64,000 nucleotides of DNA from positions 436,976,001 to 437,040,000 of the forward strand of contig OZ024740.1 in assembly GCA_964016885.1 (NCBI GenBank), in the 5' to 3' direction. A program made the translations under genes and the position numbers. Each line of letters begins with the position of its first letter. Within the stretch, counting starts at the first letter, position 1. The notes beneath the pieces were generated by a model. That model saw only the letters and a program-made list of their open reading frames with translations, searched no databases and was not told the DNA's origin. Below are positions 16,975-29,667 of this stretch, piece after piece. The DNA comes from Eledone cirrhosa. Taxonomy: Eukaryota.

Positions 16975-17816
16975 TTGTTACATAATAAGGTTATGTTTCC
17001 GAGACAATCCAAATTGGATCGACAAGGGAACGGATGAATTGCGTGTTCTTGGGTTTTTCATCCGCTCCCTTGTGAGTACCAATTCACCCCCACCGGCCTG
17101 CGCAAGCGCATGTCCGAAGGAAGTTGACCATTTTCCACCGCAGACTTCAACGAAATTTGCTTTGTCAGTTCACCCTGTCATCCAAAACAATGGCCCACCA
17201 ATGCCTGTACCATATTTTACTGCTACCCATCACGGCTGTGGCAGTCAGCCGAGAGCCAAAGGGGATGGGAGAGTGTTAGTTTACCCCTCACTAAGCGTTG
17301 ACGGTACTACTGACCATCACCTTATTAGGGAAAATAAACTTATTCTAGGTATCATGGTTTTACGTTGGAAGTTAAGAGTGAGAGTTGGAAATAAAAATTA
17401 AAATCCTAAATCAAATATCAGAAATTATAAAATAAACAATTAAGAAATTAACAATTAGAAATTGTACCAGATTCACTAATGCCTGGAGCCCTGTAGTTAT
17501 AATGTACGACACTGTCGTTCAATATGTGGATAGAGTAACTGACACTAGAATCCCTCTCAGAACATATTACTTAAACACCTCTCTCCATATTATTTACTCA
17601 CTTCAGTCTATATTTTTACTCACCTCAATCCGAATTATCACCTGAAAAGAATGTGGAGAATGGTCAACTTCCTTCGGACATGCGCTTGCGCAGGCTGGTG
17701 GGGGTGAATTGGTACTCACAAGGGAACGGATGAAAAACCCAAAGGCACGAACTTCATCCGTTCCCTTGTCGATCCAATTTGGATTGCCTCGGAAACATAA
17801 CCTTATTATGTAACAA

Positions 17817-17890
17817 GCTGTTTGATGATGGCACGACACTCGCACACAGAACAGTGTGGCCAGTGTCGTCACTGAAATATATATCACAGC
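17817..17890 (+). ncRNA. Hammerhead copy with C3-to-U core mutation
   Basis: gctgt-TTGATGA...GAAA-tatata-TC-acagc. Confidence 0.8.
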
Positions 17891-19088
17891 ATTATTATTA
17901 AAGGACTTGAACATCTGAAACTACTTCGCTTTTCCTTATTCGATATTTACTCCGTCACTCCTATGTGGAAAAAGTACGTTGAGTGCTTGAATTGAATTGC
18001 ATCAATATTTACCCTAATAATTTAGCTCCAATAGTTGAGCGCTTTACGATGTAACCGATATGGTGGAGAAGAGAGGAACCAACCATAAGCTACCCCGGAA
18101 ATTCCCTCTACCATGGGGATGAAACCCCTTACACTGGACGGACATAATAGTAACTTTCGGCAGGATAAATACGCGGAAACAAATAATAGGATAAACCCCT
18201 ATTTTCCTGCACCAAATCGCACTTGAACAGAGACCCCCTCAATTCAATCTATACATGGACAGATGGACAATCATATGGATCATATATGTACTCTGTGTTT
18301 TTGCATTTATTCACTGTTAGTTCTGTTCTTTTCTTTTGTGTACTTTATGTCTGTTTTTCTTTGATTTTGTTCCATATGACGGAAATTAGGACTGTGTACC
18401 AGATTCACTAATGCCTGGAGCCCTGTAGTTATAATGTACGACACTGTCGTTCAATATGTGGATAGAGTAACTGTGACACTAGAATCCCTCTCAGAACATA
18501 TTACTTAAACACCTCTCTCCATATTATTTACTCACTTCAGTCTATATTTTTACTCACCTCAATCCGAATTATCACCTGAAAAGATTTTTTTAATTCTTTT
18601 TTTAATTCTTTAATTTCTAATTGTTAATTTCTTAATTGTTTAATTTATAATTTCTGATATTTGATTTAGGATTTTAATTTTTATTTCCAACTCTCACTCT
18701 TAACTTCCAACGTAAAACCATGATACCTAGAATAAGTTTATTTTCCCTTATAAGGTGATGGTCAGTCGTACCGTCAACGCTTAGTGAGGGGTAGTATTAT
18801 GACTCCCATCCCCTCTGGCTCTCGGCTGACTGCCACAGCCGTGATGGGTAGCAGTAAAATATGGTACAGGCATTGGTGGGCCATTGTTTTGGATGACAGG
18901 GTAAAATGACTAAGCAAATTTCGTTGAAGTCTGCGGTGGAGAATGGTCAACTTCCTTCGGACATGCGCTTACGCAGGCTGGTGGGGGTGAATTGGTACTC
19001 ACAAGGGAGCGGATGAAAAACCCAAGAACACGCAATTCATCCGTTCCCTTTTGGATTGCCTCGGAAACATAACCTTATTATGTAACAA

Positions 19089-19162
19089 GCTGTCTGATGA
19101 TGACACGACACTCGCACACAGAACAGTGTGGCCAGTGTCGTCACTGAAACATATATCACAGC
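19089..19162 (+). ncRNA. Type I hammerhead ribozyme
   Basis: gctgt-CTGATGA...GAAA-catata-TC-acagc. Confidence 0.88.
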
Positions 19163-19210
19163 ATTATTATTAAAGGACTTGAACATCTGAAACTACTTCG
19201 CTTTTCCTTA

Positions 19211-19300
<90 letters not shown>

Positions 19301-19389
19301 CAACATGAATGAACCTGTTATTTTTATCTAAAAACATTTTTCCAATTCCAACCCGCCCGTCCCCTCAATCTATCTTATTTATCATTCTT

Positions 19390-19425
19390 TCTTCTGATGA
19401 AGGACTAGCGTCCGAAATGTTAAGA
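19390..19425 (+). ncRNA. Minimal, degenerate hammerhead in a ~210-bp PLE 3' fragment (19300-19512)
   Basis: CTGATGA-a-gga ctagcg tcc-GAAA-tgtTA; weak stem I; a similar decayed motif lies at 9926-9957. Confidence 0.6.
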
Positions 19426-19509
19426 CCCTCTTCCTTCTATTTCAAGCGTTAACCTTATATATCCCTTCCATATACTGTACCGATTGTGTTGTTATTTCTG
19501 TTTACCTTT

Positions 19510-19569
<60 letters not shown>

Positions 19570-19749
19570 TATATGTATATTATACATATGTATGTATGTG
19601 TGTGTGTGTAAAGAATAATCGTGGGAAGTAATTTAATATAATGGCGAAATAAACTCTTCTAATGCTAAACAAACGTTCAATTTTAACCTGTTCTAAGGCA
19701 ACATTCCTTTAATATAACTAATACATTTGTCACTACTAATCATATGAGT

Positions 19750-20117
19750 TACGCGGTTTGGCTGAAAAGTTCATAGGCTGACTATGGGGCAAGAGCTGTG
19801 AAATGTTGCATGCATTCATTTCAACTCTTATTATTAATAACTGCATTGTTTCTTTTCCAGTGACTATGTTGAAAAATAAACCTCATTTAGTTATTCCATG
19901 AGAATGTCTTGGTCAGTCTATGAAGGAGTGATGCTAGGGCTGTGAAATTTTGCATGCATTAATTTCAACTCTTGTTATAAATAACTGTTTTATTTATTTC
20001 CATAGACTGTGTTGAAAAATACACCTCATTTGGTGATTTCATGAACTTTACAACCTCATTTGGTCATTCCATGAGAGTATCTTGGTCATTCCATTAACTT
20101 TTCAGTCGACACTCGTA
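19750..20117 (+). mobile_element. Mariner-type MITE family A with internal duplication
   Basis: TIRs tacgcggtttggctgaaaagtt / aacttttcagtcgacactcgta, TA ends. Confidence 0.8.
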
Positions 20118-20574
20118 TATTTTAACCGTTTTGTTACCATATTTCTGATGCAATACCCAGCCCATATCTTTTAATGTATTTTGAAAAAAATAAAAAAAAT
20201 GTTGATGAATTTAGTCAAATATATAATCGCTTCATTAGTAAACTGATGTTTGAAATACTTAAAGTTTCTTAAATGAAAGTCGTAATATTTTAATATAAGT
20301 ATATTTTACAATAGTTTTGTATCATGGAAATTTCGACTGATATGGAAGCAAGGCTAGTAAAATAAATGTATCACAGGAGCAAGAATGAAAGCCTGAATTC
20401 TGTGAATATCGAACATAATCGATTTTGCGAAATATTTGTTACTCTTTCTCTTATAATATTTATTGTAACTAAATAAGACAAGAAGAGATATCAGGAACCT
20501 CTACTAAAATATATCTTTTTAATATATTATCATTATTATTGTTGTTGTTTTTGTTGTTGCTGTTGCTATTGTTG

Positions 20575-20775
20575 TTAAGGGCGTTGGATTGGCAGTATTG
20601 GTAAAGCGTCGGACACAATGCTTTTTAGCATGTAGTTACGACTTTTTACCTTCAAATCCCGCCTTTCATCCTTACGTGGTCAATAAAATATAACACCAGT
20701 AATGCACTGGGGTCGATTTAATCGACCTTCCCCTCCCCCAAGTTGCTGGTCTTGAGCCTATAGTAGAAACCATTA
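20575..20775 (+). mobile_element. SINE (Meta-domain-like family)
   Basis: gcctttcatccttacgtggtcaataaaa...ggggtcgatttaatcgac; other copies near 6170, 41200, 41835, 49505, 52200 and 62880. Confidence 0.7.
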
Positions 20776-20904
20776 TTATTATTACATAGCTAGATGGTAA
20801 TATATCCACATTCTTTATATGGTAATATTTCTGTCGAAGTTTCTCATCAATCATAATAATAAGTCAATGATCCAGACATTAGTGTATTAATTGGGTTGAA
20901 CTCA

Positions 20905-21195
20905 ATGAAAACTATGCATATATAAATATATATATATAAAACTATATATATATAAAACTATACATATATAAAACTATATATATATATATAAAGCTATATA
21001 TATATAAAACTATACATATATAAAACTATATATATATAAAACTATACATATATAAATATATATAAAACTATACATATATAAAACTATATATATATAAAAC
21101 TATACATATATAAAACTATACATATATAAAACTATACATATATAAAACTATATATATATAAAACTATACATATATAAAACTATAGATATATAAAA
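20905..21195. repeat. AT-rich ~16-bp minisatellite (AAAACTATACATATAT)
   Basis: Direct reading. Confidence 0.85.
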
Positions 21196-21279
21196 CACTT
21201 CCTACACCCCGGTGTCTAATGAGAGTAATCCCCAAAGCACTAGTTGTTAGACTAGATCGAAGACAGTTTGGAATGTTTT

Positions 21280-21900
21280 CAATCTAACATAAGGTTGGCT
21301 TCATATTTCTATTTGAGATTTTCCGTGTCTCGCTTGCAAAAGTTGTCTTTTATATTTGTTAAACAACAGGAGATGGGAAAGTGCCTATGACCTTCACAAG
21401 TCCTCAAGGACTCGTTTGATGTTCAGCTTAGTATTCAGTTTTAACTTCTGCAAAAGAAACATGGCAGATAGAGAATTCCAGAAATAGAATTCAGCAAGGC
21501 GTTATAGGATCTGTGAAATTAAAGACAGTATAAGATGAAGGAGATGGTGTGAAGCTTAGGCCTAGGATTGAATCTTGGGGAGGTTGATGGAGACGTCATT
21601 AAATCATGTTTACAGCGTCTCTTGTTCATAGAAGCCATACAAATCTGATGTAAAATATCTTCACTAAGGGGTATAAAGGAGAAATAAGAGGGGTCATTAT
21701 CAACACAGAAGTGTGTACAGTTAAAAGTACTATAATCAGAGCCTTAATGTACAGAGGAAAGAGTTTGGGGAACATAACCGTTCCTTGAACCTCGATATAA
21801 TTGAGTTGGTGTGGGTTGAACAGATCCCTGTCATCGCTCGCTGTTATGATGCAGTCTGATAAGACATTTCTGAACGACACAGACAGCGAGACAGCTTGTA
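21280..21900 (-). mobile_element. Highly decayed LINE 3' fragment (CR1/L2/Jockey-like)
   Basis: Minus strand gives a WNSL motif typical of LINE ORF2 C-termini; otherwise degenerate. Confidence 0.35.
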
Positions 21901-22489
21901 AGATTGTTATTTCAGACGCTGTCGAAGGTTTCGTTGTTTTTTATGGACTTTAGTATTACTTCCAGTGAAGTTCTCGAGAGTGAAATATTTTAGTGTGTTA
22001 TTGATTCTTGAGATACATTGAAAGTAAGGAGTAGGGTGGCTGTATATGACTGCCGCCTTAAATTGGCTTTTTATCAAATACAACATAAAGGAATGTGTAG
22101 GATTAACAAGAAATCAATATATTATATTACATATAGTTAACTTATTATAAACTTATGAATTTAGTTGACTTGTGAATCGAGGTGAAAAATAGTTGTAGAA
22201 ATCTCAATTTAACAACTAATAAAATGTAAAGAAAATAGAGAGGACTGAGAAGACACACCAGGTGGTCGACAGTTCATATCGTGTCCCTGGCACTGTGTAA
22301 TGTGCTACTTAACCAAGACACTTAAATCTCAAATGGTCGAGATCATCTGTCCAATAATACATATTACATTTGAAGGAACAACTTGCCAAGTAGCGGCGGC
22401 GGCGGCGGCAACGTAAAGTTAGCCTTTGTAGAGCCATGATCAACATTTTCCTGTGGATAGAGTTTAGAGAGGAATCAGTGAACTTATAA

Positions 22490-22780
22490 ATCACGACACG
22501 GCTCTGTCGCTTCGGTTACAAACCCGGGCTCTGCTGTCTGCAATGCAGAGGAAGATAGTCAAATATCAGGACCTGACCGACCGCTCCGTCTTTGTACTGG
22601 CCTCGTCGAGACTTCTGGTGTCGTTGGTCGCCACACAGTTGATTTCCTCCATAAAGTCGAAAATACGGCGACCCGCTTGAGGAGGGAACCCCGTGAGGTG
22701 GGGTGGCTGGTGCAGCCGGTGTCTCTGGCCATTCTCAGTGGTAACGCTTTTGCCGTTTTGTCCGCGGGGCGCAGCTGAGG
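22490..22780 (+). mobile_element. 3' fragment of a restriction-like-endonuclease non-LTR retrotransposon (CRE-like)
   Basis: Frameshifted translation AVCNAE..IVKYQDL..FV..ETSGVVG..FL..REPREVGWLVQPVSLAILSGNAFAVL matches the CRE-type RLE C-terminus. Confidence 0.7.
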
Positions 22781-23212
22781 CACCACTCAGACTGGGGTGT
22801 AGTACCCCCCCCCCCCCCTCTCCCTTTCTTCTGCCGCTTGATCTTTCTTTATTTTTCTCCTTTTCATTTTGTTCTTCTTTCTCTTCTGTTTCCTTTATCA
22901 ACGTGTTTTGTTGTTATTAGTTACTTCTCAATTGTCAATGGCCTTTCATGACGTCAGATTTTGTAGATTGAATAAAGTTAATGTAATTATCATTAACTCT
23001 TGCCACCCGGTTTAACTCCACAGCTGGTCCTTCCGGGGCCTTTAATAAAATACACTCTACTGAAAACATTCAAGATAGATCTTGTGATAACTTACTTCTC
23101 TTCTTCCTTCTCTCCTCTAAGCCGTGTAAAAAGAAAATTAATATCCATTTTACTGCTTTCGTAAAACAAAAGTTTCACTTTGAAGATACAATTAATGGAA
23201 ATAAAGGTGCAA

Positions 23213-23586
23213 AGAAATAATTGTTTCTATTTTTGGCACAAGGTCAGCAATTACCCAGTACATTATTGGTACTTTATTTTATCGACCCTGTAAGGATGAA
23301 AGGCAAAGTTAACCTCGACGGGATTTGATCTCAGACCATAAAGGGACGTAACTATGCTAGAAAGCATGGCGTCCGACCCTCTACCGATACTGCCAATCCA
23401 CCGCCCTAAGGTAGAAAGAAATAATGGTTTCTTATATAGGCACAAGGCCAGCAATTTTTTTTTTTGGGGGGGGGTCGATTTAATCGACTCCCAGTACATT
23501 ACTGGTACTTTATTTTATCGACCCCGTAAGGATGAAAAGCAAAGTTAACCTCGGCGGGATTTGAACTCAATGTAGAAAGAAATAAT
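23213..23586 (-). mobile_element. Two head-to-tail SINE copies
   Basis: ggcacaagg..actggtactttattttatcgacccc..ggatttga occurs twice, bounded by aaagaaataat three times. Confidence 0.8.
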
Positions 23587-24198
23587 AATGTCCATTATGA
23601 GCTGCTTTCCCATTAGACTCAACATAGTTCCGAAAACTATTTTCGGTCATAGCTAAAGACACACTAAAACCAGAATATCCATAGTTTTAAAGGTAATGGA
23701 TATTGGTGGAACATTCCAATGAAAACATAAATGGAGGGCCAAAATAACTGGCCTGATGTAGTTCTATGTAACATGAAACAAAAGTTATGTACTGTCATAG
23801 AGAGCACGTGTACGGGTGATGTTTAAGGTCGTAGAAGATAGAAGCAGTGAAATAATGTGGGAGTTATAGCTGTTATATCTTCACTGTATACTCTCAGGTG
23901 TACCTGCTATCATAGCTGCACTATAGCTTTATATACAAGCTTGGAAATGCTGAAGGTTTCCAAGAAAGAAGGATGTAAATTGATTCGCATTCTCCAACTT
24001 CTATCGATTAGTGGTACAGTGAAGACATTCCAAAGATTCTCCTGAAATTAACATATGGAAACAACAACATGCGTGCACATGGTATATACTCAGAGACATA
24101 AAAAAAAGTAACCAAGGGCGGTGCTCCAGCATGGCCTCAGCCGGATGACTGGAACAGGTAAAAGAGTTAAAGAGAAAAGAGTAAAAGAGAGCACATAC

Positions 24199-24259
<61 letters not shown>

Positions 24260-24533
24260 CTGTATGGTGAAGAGATATGTCCACTCATAGCATGGATGTA
24301 AATATATACATACTAACTCACCCGTGTATTTACTAAGTCTGTTAACTGCCTGGACTAAAAAAGGATTTTATATAATTTGTCCCCTTGTTAGTGGCCGACA
24401 TGAATCATGAAAAGAAGAACTTAAATCTGAAAGAAAAATAGCACACACACACACACACATTTCTCTTATATTTTATCCCTTAATTCTACACACACACATG
24501 TAAACACACTTCTTTAATATTTCATCCGTCAAT

Positions 24534-24606
<73 letters not shown>

Positions 24607-24904
24607 TTCTCTACGTCAATTCAACACACTGTTATATGAGGATTCGGTGAAGATTCTTCTCTGAACATAATCTCCATTTGAAATAGGTTTTAAGTAAAGG
24701 TTTTATTAAATAAAACTCACACAAGAGCCACTTATCTCTTATCAGATGATGTTAGTTGTGTAAGATTGGAACATCATTGGTTTATATGACACGGATTGGA
24801 GTTGGAAATAGAGAGAAACTGAAGAATAGATGTTTTTCACAAATGAAAAACCCAATTAAGAAAAACAGCTTATAGAAATATATTATCTTGATAAATACAC
24901 ATAC

Positions 24905-24976
<72 letters not shown>

Positions 24977-25107
24977 AGATATATTGTGTATATATATATA
25001 TATTTATATATATATTTATATATATGTATGTATATGACTATATATATATACATACATATACACACACAATATATATAAACCAACCAGTGGTATAGATATA
25101 CAGACAC

Positions 25108-25163
<56 letters not shown>

Positions 25164-25215
25164 ATGTGTCTGTATATCTATACTACTGGGTGGTTTACCT
25201 TCATTGTATGTGTGG

Positions 25216-25302
<87 letters not shown>

Positions 25303-25981
25303 AAGGTAAAATAGCCAGTAGTAAATATATAAAATTTCAGCTGAGCTTAAGATTTTATCTTATTTAACAGATGCTTAGTTATGTCGGAAACATAATCTTG
25401 TTAACTTTCTAAGTGCAGCTAGAGCTGACGAGACTTTCTTCCATTCTGATTACCGTTCTCCATCTCACACTGTATAATTTAGTATTATTTCCTCTCATAA
25501 CCATAATATACCCACCATCCAAATTTCAAACGTAATTTTGGTTGTCCATCTTTATACATCTACTCACTGCTAGATATTTTCTTCAATAAACCTTCAACTT
25601 TTCTCATATTTTCTTCATTTCCTGATATACGTTGGTTGTTTGTCTTTATACATGCAAATAACACCGTCATTGCTGCTACTCGTCTATTCACAGTCAGCAG
25701 AGACCCTAACCTGAACACCAGCCTGTACCCAATAAATAAGGCTTACCCAGCCAGATTTTAATAACCATACAATGGAGGAGACAGACGTTATCAAGTTGCA
25801 GCAGATAAATACAAACCTTTATATATTTTCTTCATTAATTCTTCTCCAGTTTCTCGCATATTTTCAACTCCTACCAATATATTTTAGCCTTAAAATATAT
25901 TGCTAGGTGTCTGTGGTGTTGTTGAGCTAGAAACGGCTTAGAAACTCTCACCTACATGTTATATCTATGGCCAAAACACCT

Positions 25982-28900
25982 ACCTGTAGATAGGTAACAG
26001 GTTTATACTGTAGATAGGTACCAGGTTTATACTGTAGATAGGTACCAGGTTTATACTGTAGATAGGTAAAAGGTTTATACTGTAGATATGTTTCTTTTAT
26101 TTGCCACCAGGGCATCAAAAGTGGGACAAGTACAATGGGGGGAGTTTACAAAACAAGGCGTCCTCAATAAGGAGGAGGCAATAACAATATATAAAAATAA
26201 AATAAAATATGACAAAAAATAAAATTTATAACAAAGTCCTCAATAGAGAGGAGGCGCCTTGGGGGGTCGCACACACCCCCGAAAAAAGTGTGCAACCCTT
26301 CTCCTCAGGAGCACAGAGAAGGGGTGCTCCCTTGGTCTTTCATCTTCCTCACCTATAGTCTGATGTTGAGTGAAGGCCCATTCACACGGGCCATACTCGC
26401 CACTTTCACCCATCTTTCATAGAAACGGCTGGGGTGCAGCACCTCTCTCTCCATCCTGATCCTTCGTCCGAAATGATATCGGAAGAAACGGACCAGTTGT
26501 TGGCCAGAGAGAAAGGTGTCTGACCTCAGTCTTTTCAGACGCGTCCACCATACAACCTCTTTCGCCATGGCTATTACGCACAGAAACACCGCCTCTCCTT
26601 CGTTTTTGAAGAGGGGAGGCGGCTTGATCGTTACAATAGACTCGGTGGTCAACCGGATCGGTCCCACCCTTGACAGCAGTTGTTCGACATAGCCCCACAG
26701 ATCGGCAATGCCCGAGCAGTGTACCAATGCGTGTGCAACGGTTTCCTCGTCGCACGCGCATCTGGGACAGATATTTTTCGATGGGTCCCTACCCGGGCGC
26801 CCGTGTCTATAGAGCCTTTCTCGAACAGGCAGAGCCCTTCTGTAGCATTGCCAGGCCAGGGACCTCTGGAAGTTATCCATGGGTCCCGGGCTGAATGTCC
26901 TACCGAACAGGTTGGCCAGTTCGTCTTCCTCCATGCCTAGGGCTTCTCCGAGGGCGTCGTCACACCTGCTAACCACCAGCCCTCTATAGAATGACGAGGT
27001 GGATTCTCCACTGACAGCCGGGTCCGCCTGCCAGAGAGCCGTGAGCGCCTGGGCACACTCGGTGTGCCAGGCGCCCAGTTTTCTCGGTCTTTGCTTGACC
27101 CAGGATTGCAGCTCGGTGAGTGAGACGAGTCTGGGAAAGGCTCGCCTCACAAACGGGGCCCACACCGGTTGACCGGAGAGGAATACCTGGAGGTGCCGTA
27201 GCCTTAATGCGTGTTTACGTATCATTAGCCACGGCATCCCCAGCCCTCCTTTCGAAGGCTGTTGACAGCAGATGGATCTCCTCACCATAGGAGCCCGCTT
27301 CTTCCAAAGGAATTGGAAGAGTGCGCGCTCCATTTTGGCGAGCGTTTCCCTTGGGCAAGGCACAACGGTCAAGCGGTAGTAAATGACGGACGCTATATAA
27401 GTGTTCGCCACCTCCGCCCGACCTTTCAGGGACAGTTTGCACTCGGCCCACTTCTCGGTCAGTGCAAACACCCTGTTCATCACCTCGCCCCAGTTCTTCT
27501 CAACCTGGAGGTCTGGTCCGAACCAGACCCCGAGCAACTTCACCGGGCCCTCCGTCCAGCGCCCGACGACGCCATCGGAGGGCATCGATCTGCCCCTCCA
27601 CGTGCCGAGTTGCAGACCGATCGACTTGTCCCGGTTCAGCTTAGCCCCTGTAAACCTTTCGTACTCCTCCAGTAAGGTGCGGATCGCCCCGATTACCGAG
27701 GCCGTCGACACCATTACTGTTACGTCATCGGCGTAGGCTGACACCGCTTTCCGCAATCCCGGTTCCAACGGGATGCCCTGCAACAACTCCAACTTCCGCC
27801 GCAGTGGCTCTAGAGTCATTACATACAGAAGGGAGGAGAGAGGGCACACCAGGTTTATACTGTAGATAGGTAACAGTCTTATATTGTAGATTTGTACCAG
27901 CTTTATACTGTAGACAGGTACCAGCTTTATACTGTGGATAGGTACCAGGTTTATACTGTAGATAGGTAACAGGTTTATAGTGTAGATAGGTACCAGGTTT
28001 ATATTGTAGATAGGTACCAGGTTTATACTGTAGATAGGTACCAGGTTTATACTGTAGATATGTACCAGGTTTATAGTGTAGATAGGTAACAGGTTTATAC
28101 TGTAGATAGGTACCAGGTTTATACTGTAGATAGATACCAGGTTTATACTGTAGATAAGTACCAGGTTGATACTGTAGACAGGTAGCAGGGTTTTACTGTA
28201 GATAGGTACCAGGTTTATACTGTAGACAGGTACCAGGTTTATATTGTAGATGGGTAACAGGTTTATACTGTAGATAGGTAACAGGTTTATACTGTAGATA
28301 GGTACCAGGTTTCTACTGTAGATAAGTACCAGGTTTATACTGTAGATAGGTACCAGGTTTATACTGTATATAGGTACCAGGTTTATACTGTAGATAGGTA
28401 CCAGGTTTATACTGTAGATAGGTAGCAGGTTTATACTGTAGATTGGTAACAGGTTTATACTGTAGATAGGTACCAGGTTTATACTGTAGATAGGTACCAG
28501 GTTTATACTGTAGACAGGTACCAGGTATATACTGTAGATAGGTACCAGGTTTATACTGTAGATAGGTACCAGGTTTATATTGTAGACAGGTACCAGGTTT
28601 ATACTGTAGATAGGTAACAGGTTTATACTGTAGATAGGTACATGGTTTATACTGTAGATAGGTAACAGGTTTATACTGTAGATAGGTACCAGGTTTATAC
28701 TGTAGATTGGTAACAGGTTTATACTGTAGATAGGTAACAGGTTTATACTGTAGATAGGTACCAGTTAGATACTGTAGTTAGATACCAGGTTTATACTGTA
28801 GATAGGTACCAGGTGTATACTGTAGATAGGTAACAGCTTTATACTGTAGATAGGTTCCAGGTTTATACTCTAGATAGATAACAGGTTTATACTGTAGATA

Positions 28901-29406
28901 GGTACCAGGTTTATTTTGTAGATAGGTACCAGGTTTCTACTGTAGATAGGTACCAGGTTTATACTGTAGATAGGTAACAGGTTTATACTGTAGATAAGTA
29001 CCAGGTTTATACTGTAGATAGGTACCAGTTAGATAATGTAGTTAGATACCAGGTTTATACTGTAGATAGGTACCAGGTGTATACTGTAGATAGGTAACAG
29101 CTTTATACTGTAGATAGGTTCCAGGTTTATACTCTAGATAGATAACAGATTTATACTGTAGATAGGAACCAGGTTTATACTGTAGATAGTTACCAGGTTT
29201 ATACTGTAGATAGGTACCAGGTTTATACTGTAGATAGGTAACAGGTTTATACTGTAGATAGGTACCAGGTTTATACTGTAGATAGGTACCAGGTTTATAC
29301 TGTAGATAGGTACCAGGTTTATACTGTAGATAGGTACCAGGTTTATACTGTAGATAGGTAACAGGTTTATACTGTAGATAGGTAAAAGGTTTATACTGTA
29401 GATATG
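25982..29406. repeat. 24-bp minisatellite (GGTACCAGGTTTATACTGTAGATA), left part, interrupted by a Tx1 fragment
   Basis: Direct periodicity. Confidence 0.96.
26091..27849 (-). mobile_element. 5'-truncated Tx1-type LINE (RT C-terminal half, Cys-rich domain, 3' UTR)
   Basis: CPLS, YADD, zf-RVT-like CPRC..ETVAHALVHC; clearly homologous to but diverged from 29407-31161. Confidence 0.93.
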
Positions 29407-29667
29407 TTTCTTTTATTTGCCACTAGGGCATCAAAAGTGGGACAAGTACAAAGGGGGGAGTTTACACAAAAAGGCGTCCTCAATAAGGAGGAGGCAATAA
29501 AAAAATATAAAAATAAAATAAGATATAACAAAAAATAAAATTTATAACAAAATCCTCAATAGAGAGGAGGCGCCTTGGGGGGTCGCACACCCCCCGAAAA
29601 AAGTGTGCAACCCTTCTCCTCAGGAGCACAGAGAAGGGGTGCTCCCTTGGTCTTTCATCTTCCTCAC

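Larger units (their letters stand above)
16773..19212 (+). mobile_element. Retrozyme-like or non-autonomous PLE, ~1272-nt HHR-to-HHR unit with inverted left arm
   Basis: Direct repeats 17463-17650/18395-18583 and 17653-17940/18936-19212; 16773-17463 inverted; three HHR copies; no RT or EN coding seen. Confidence 0.8.

Noticed and set aside
16877-17401. 174-aa ORF repeated in inverted form at 17603-17914
   Set aside because: Antisense to the HHR strand, no domain motifs, and the copies diverge at the rearrangement junction
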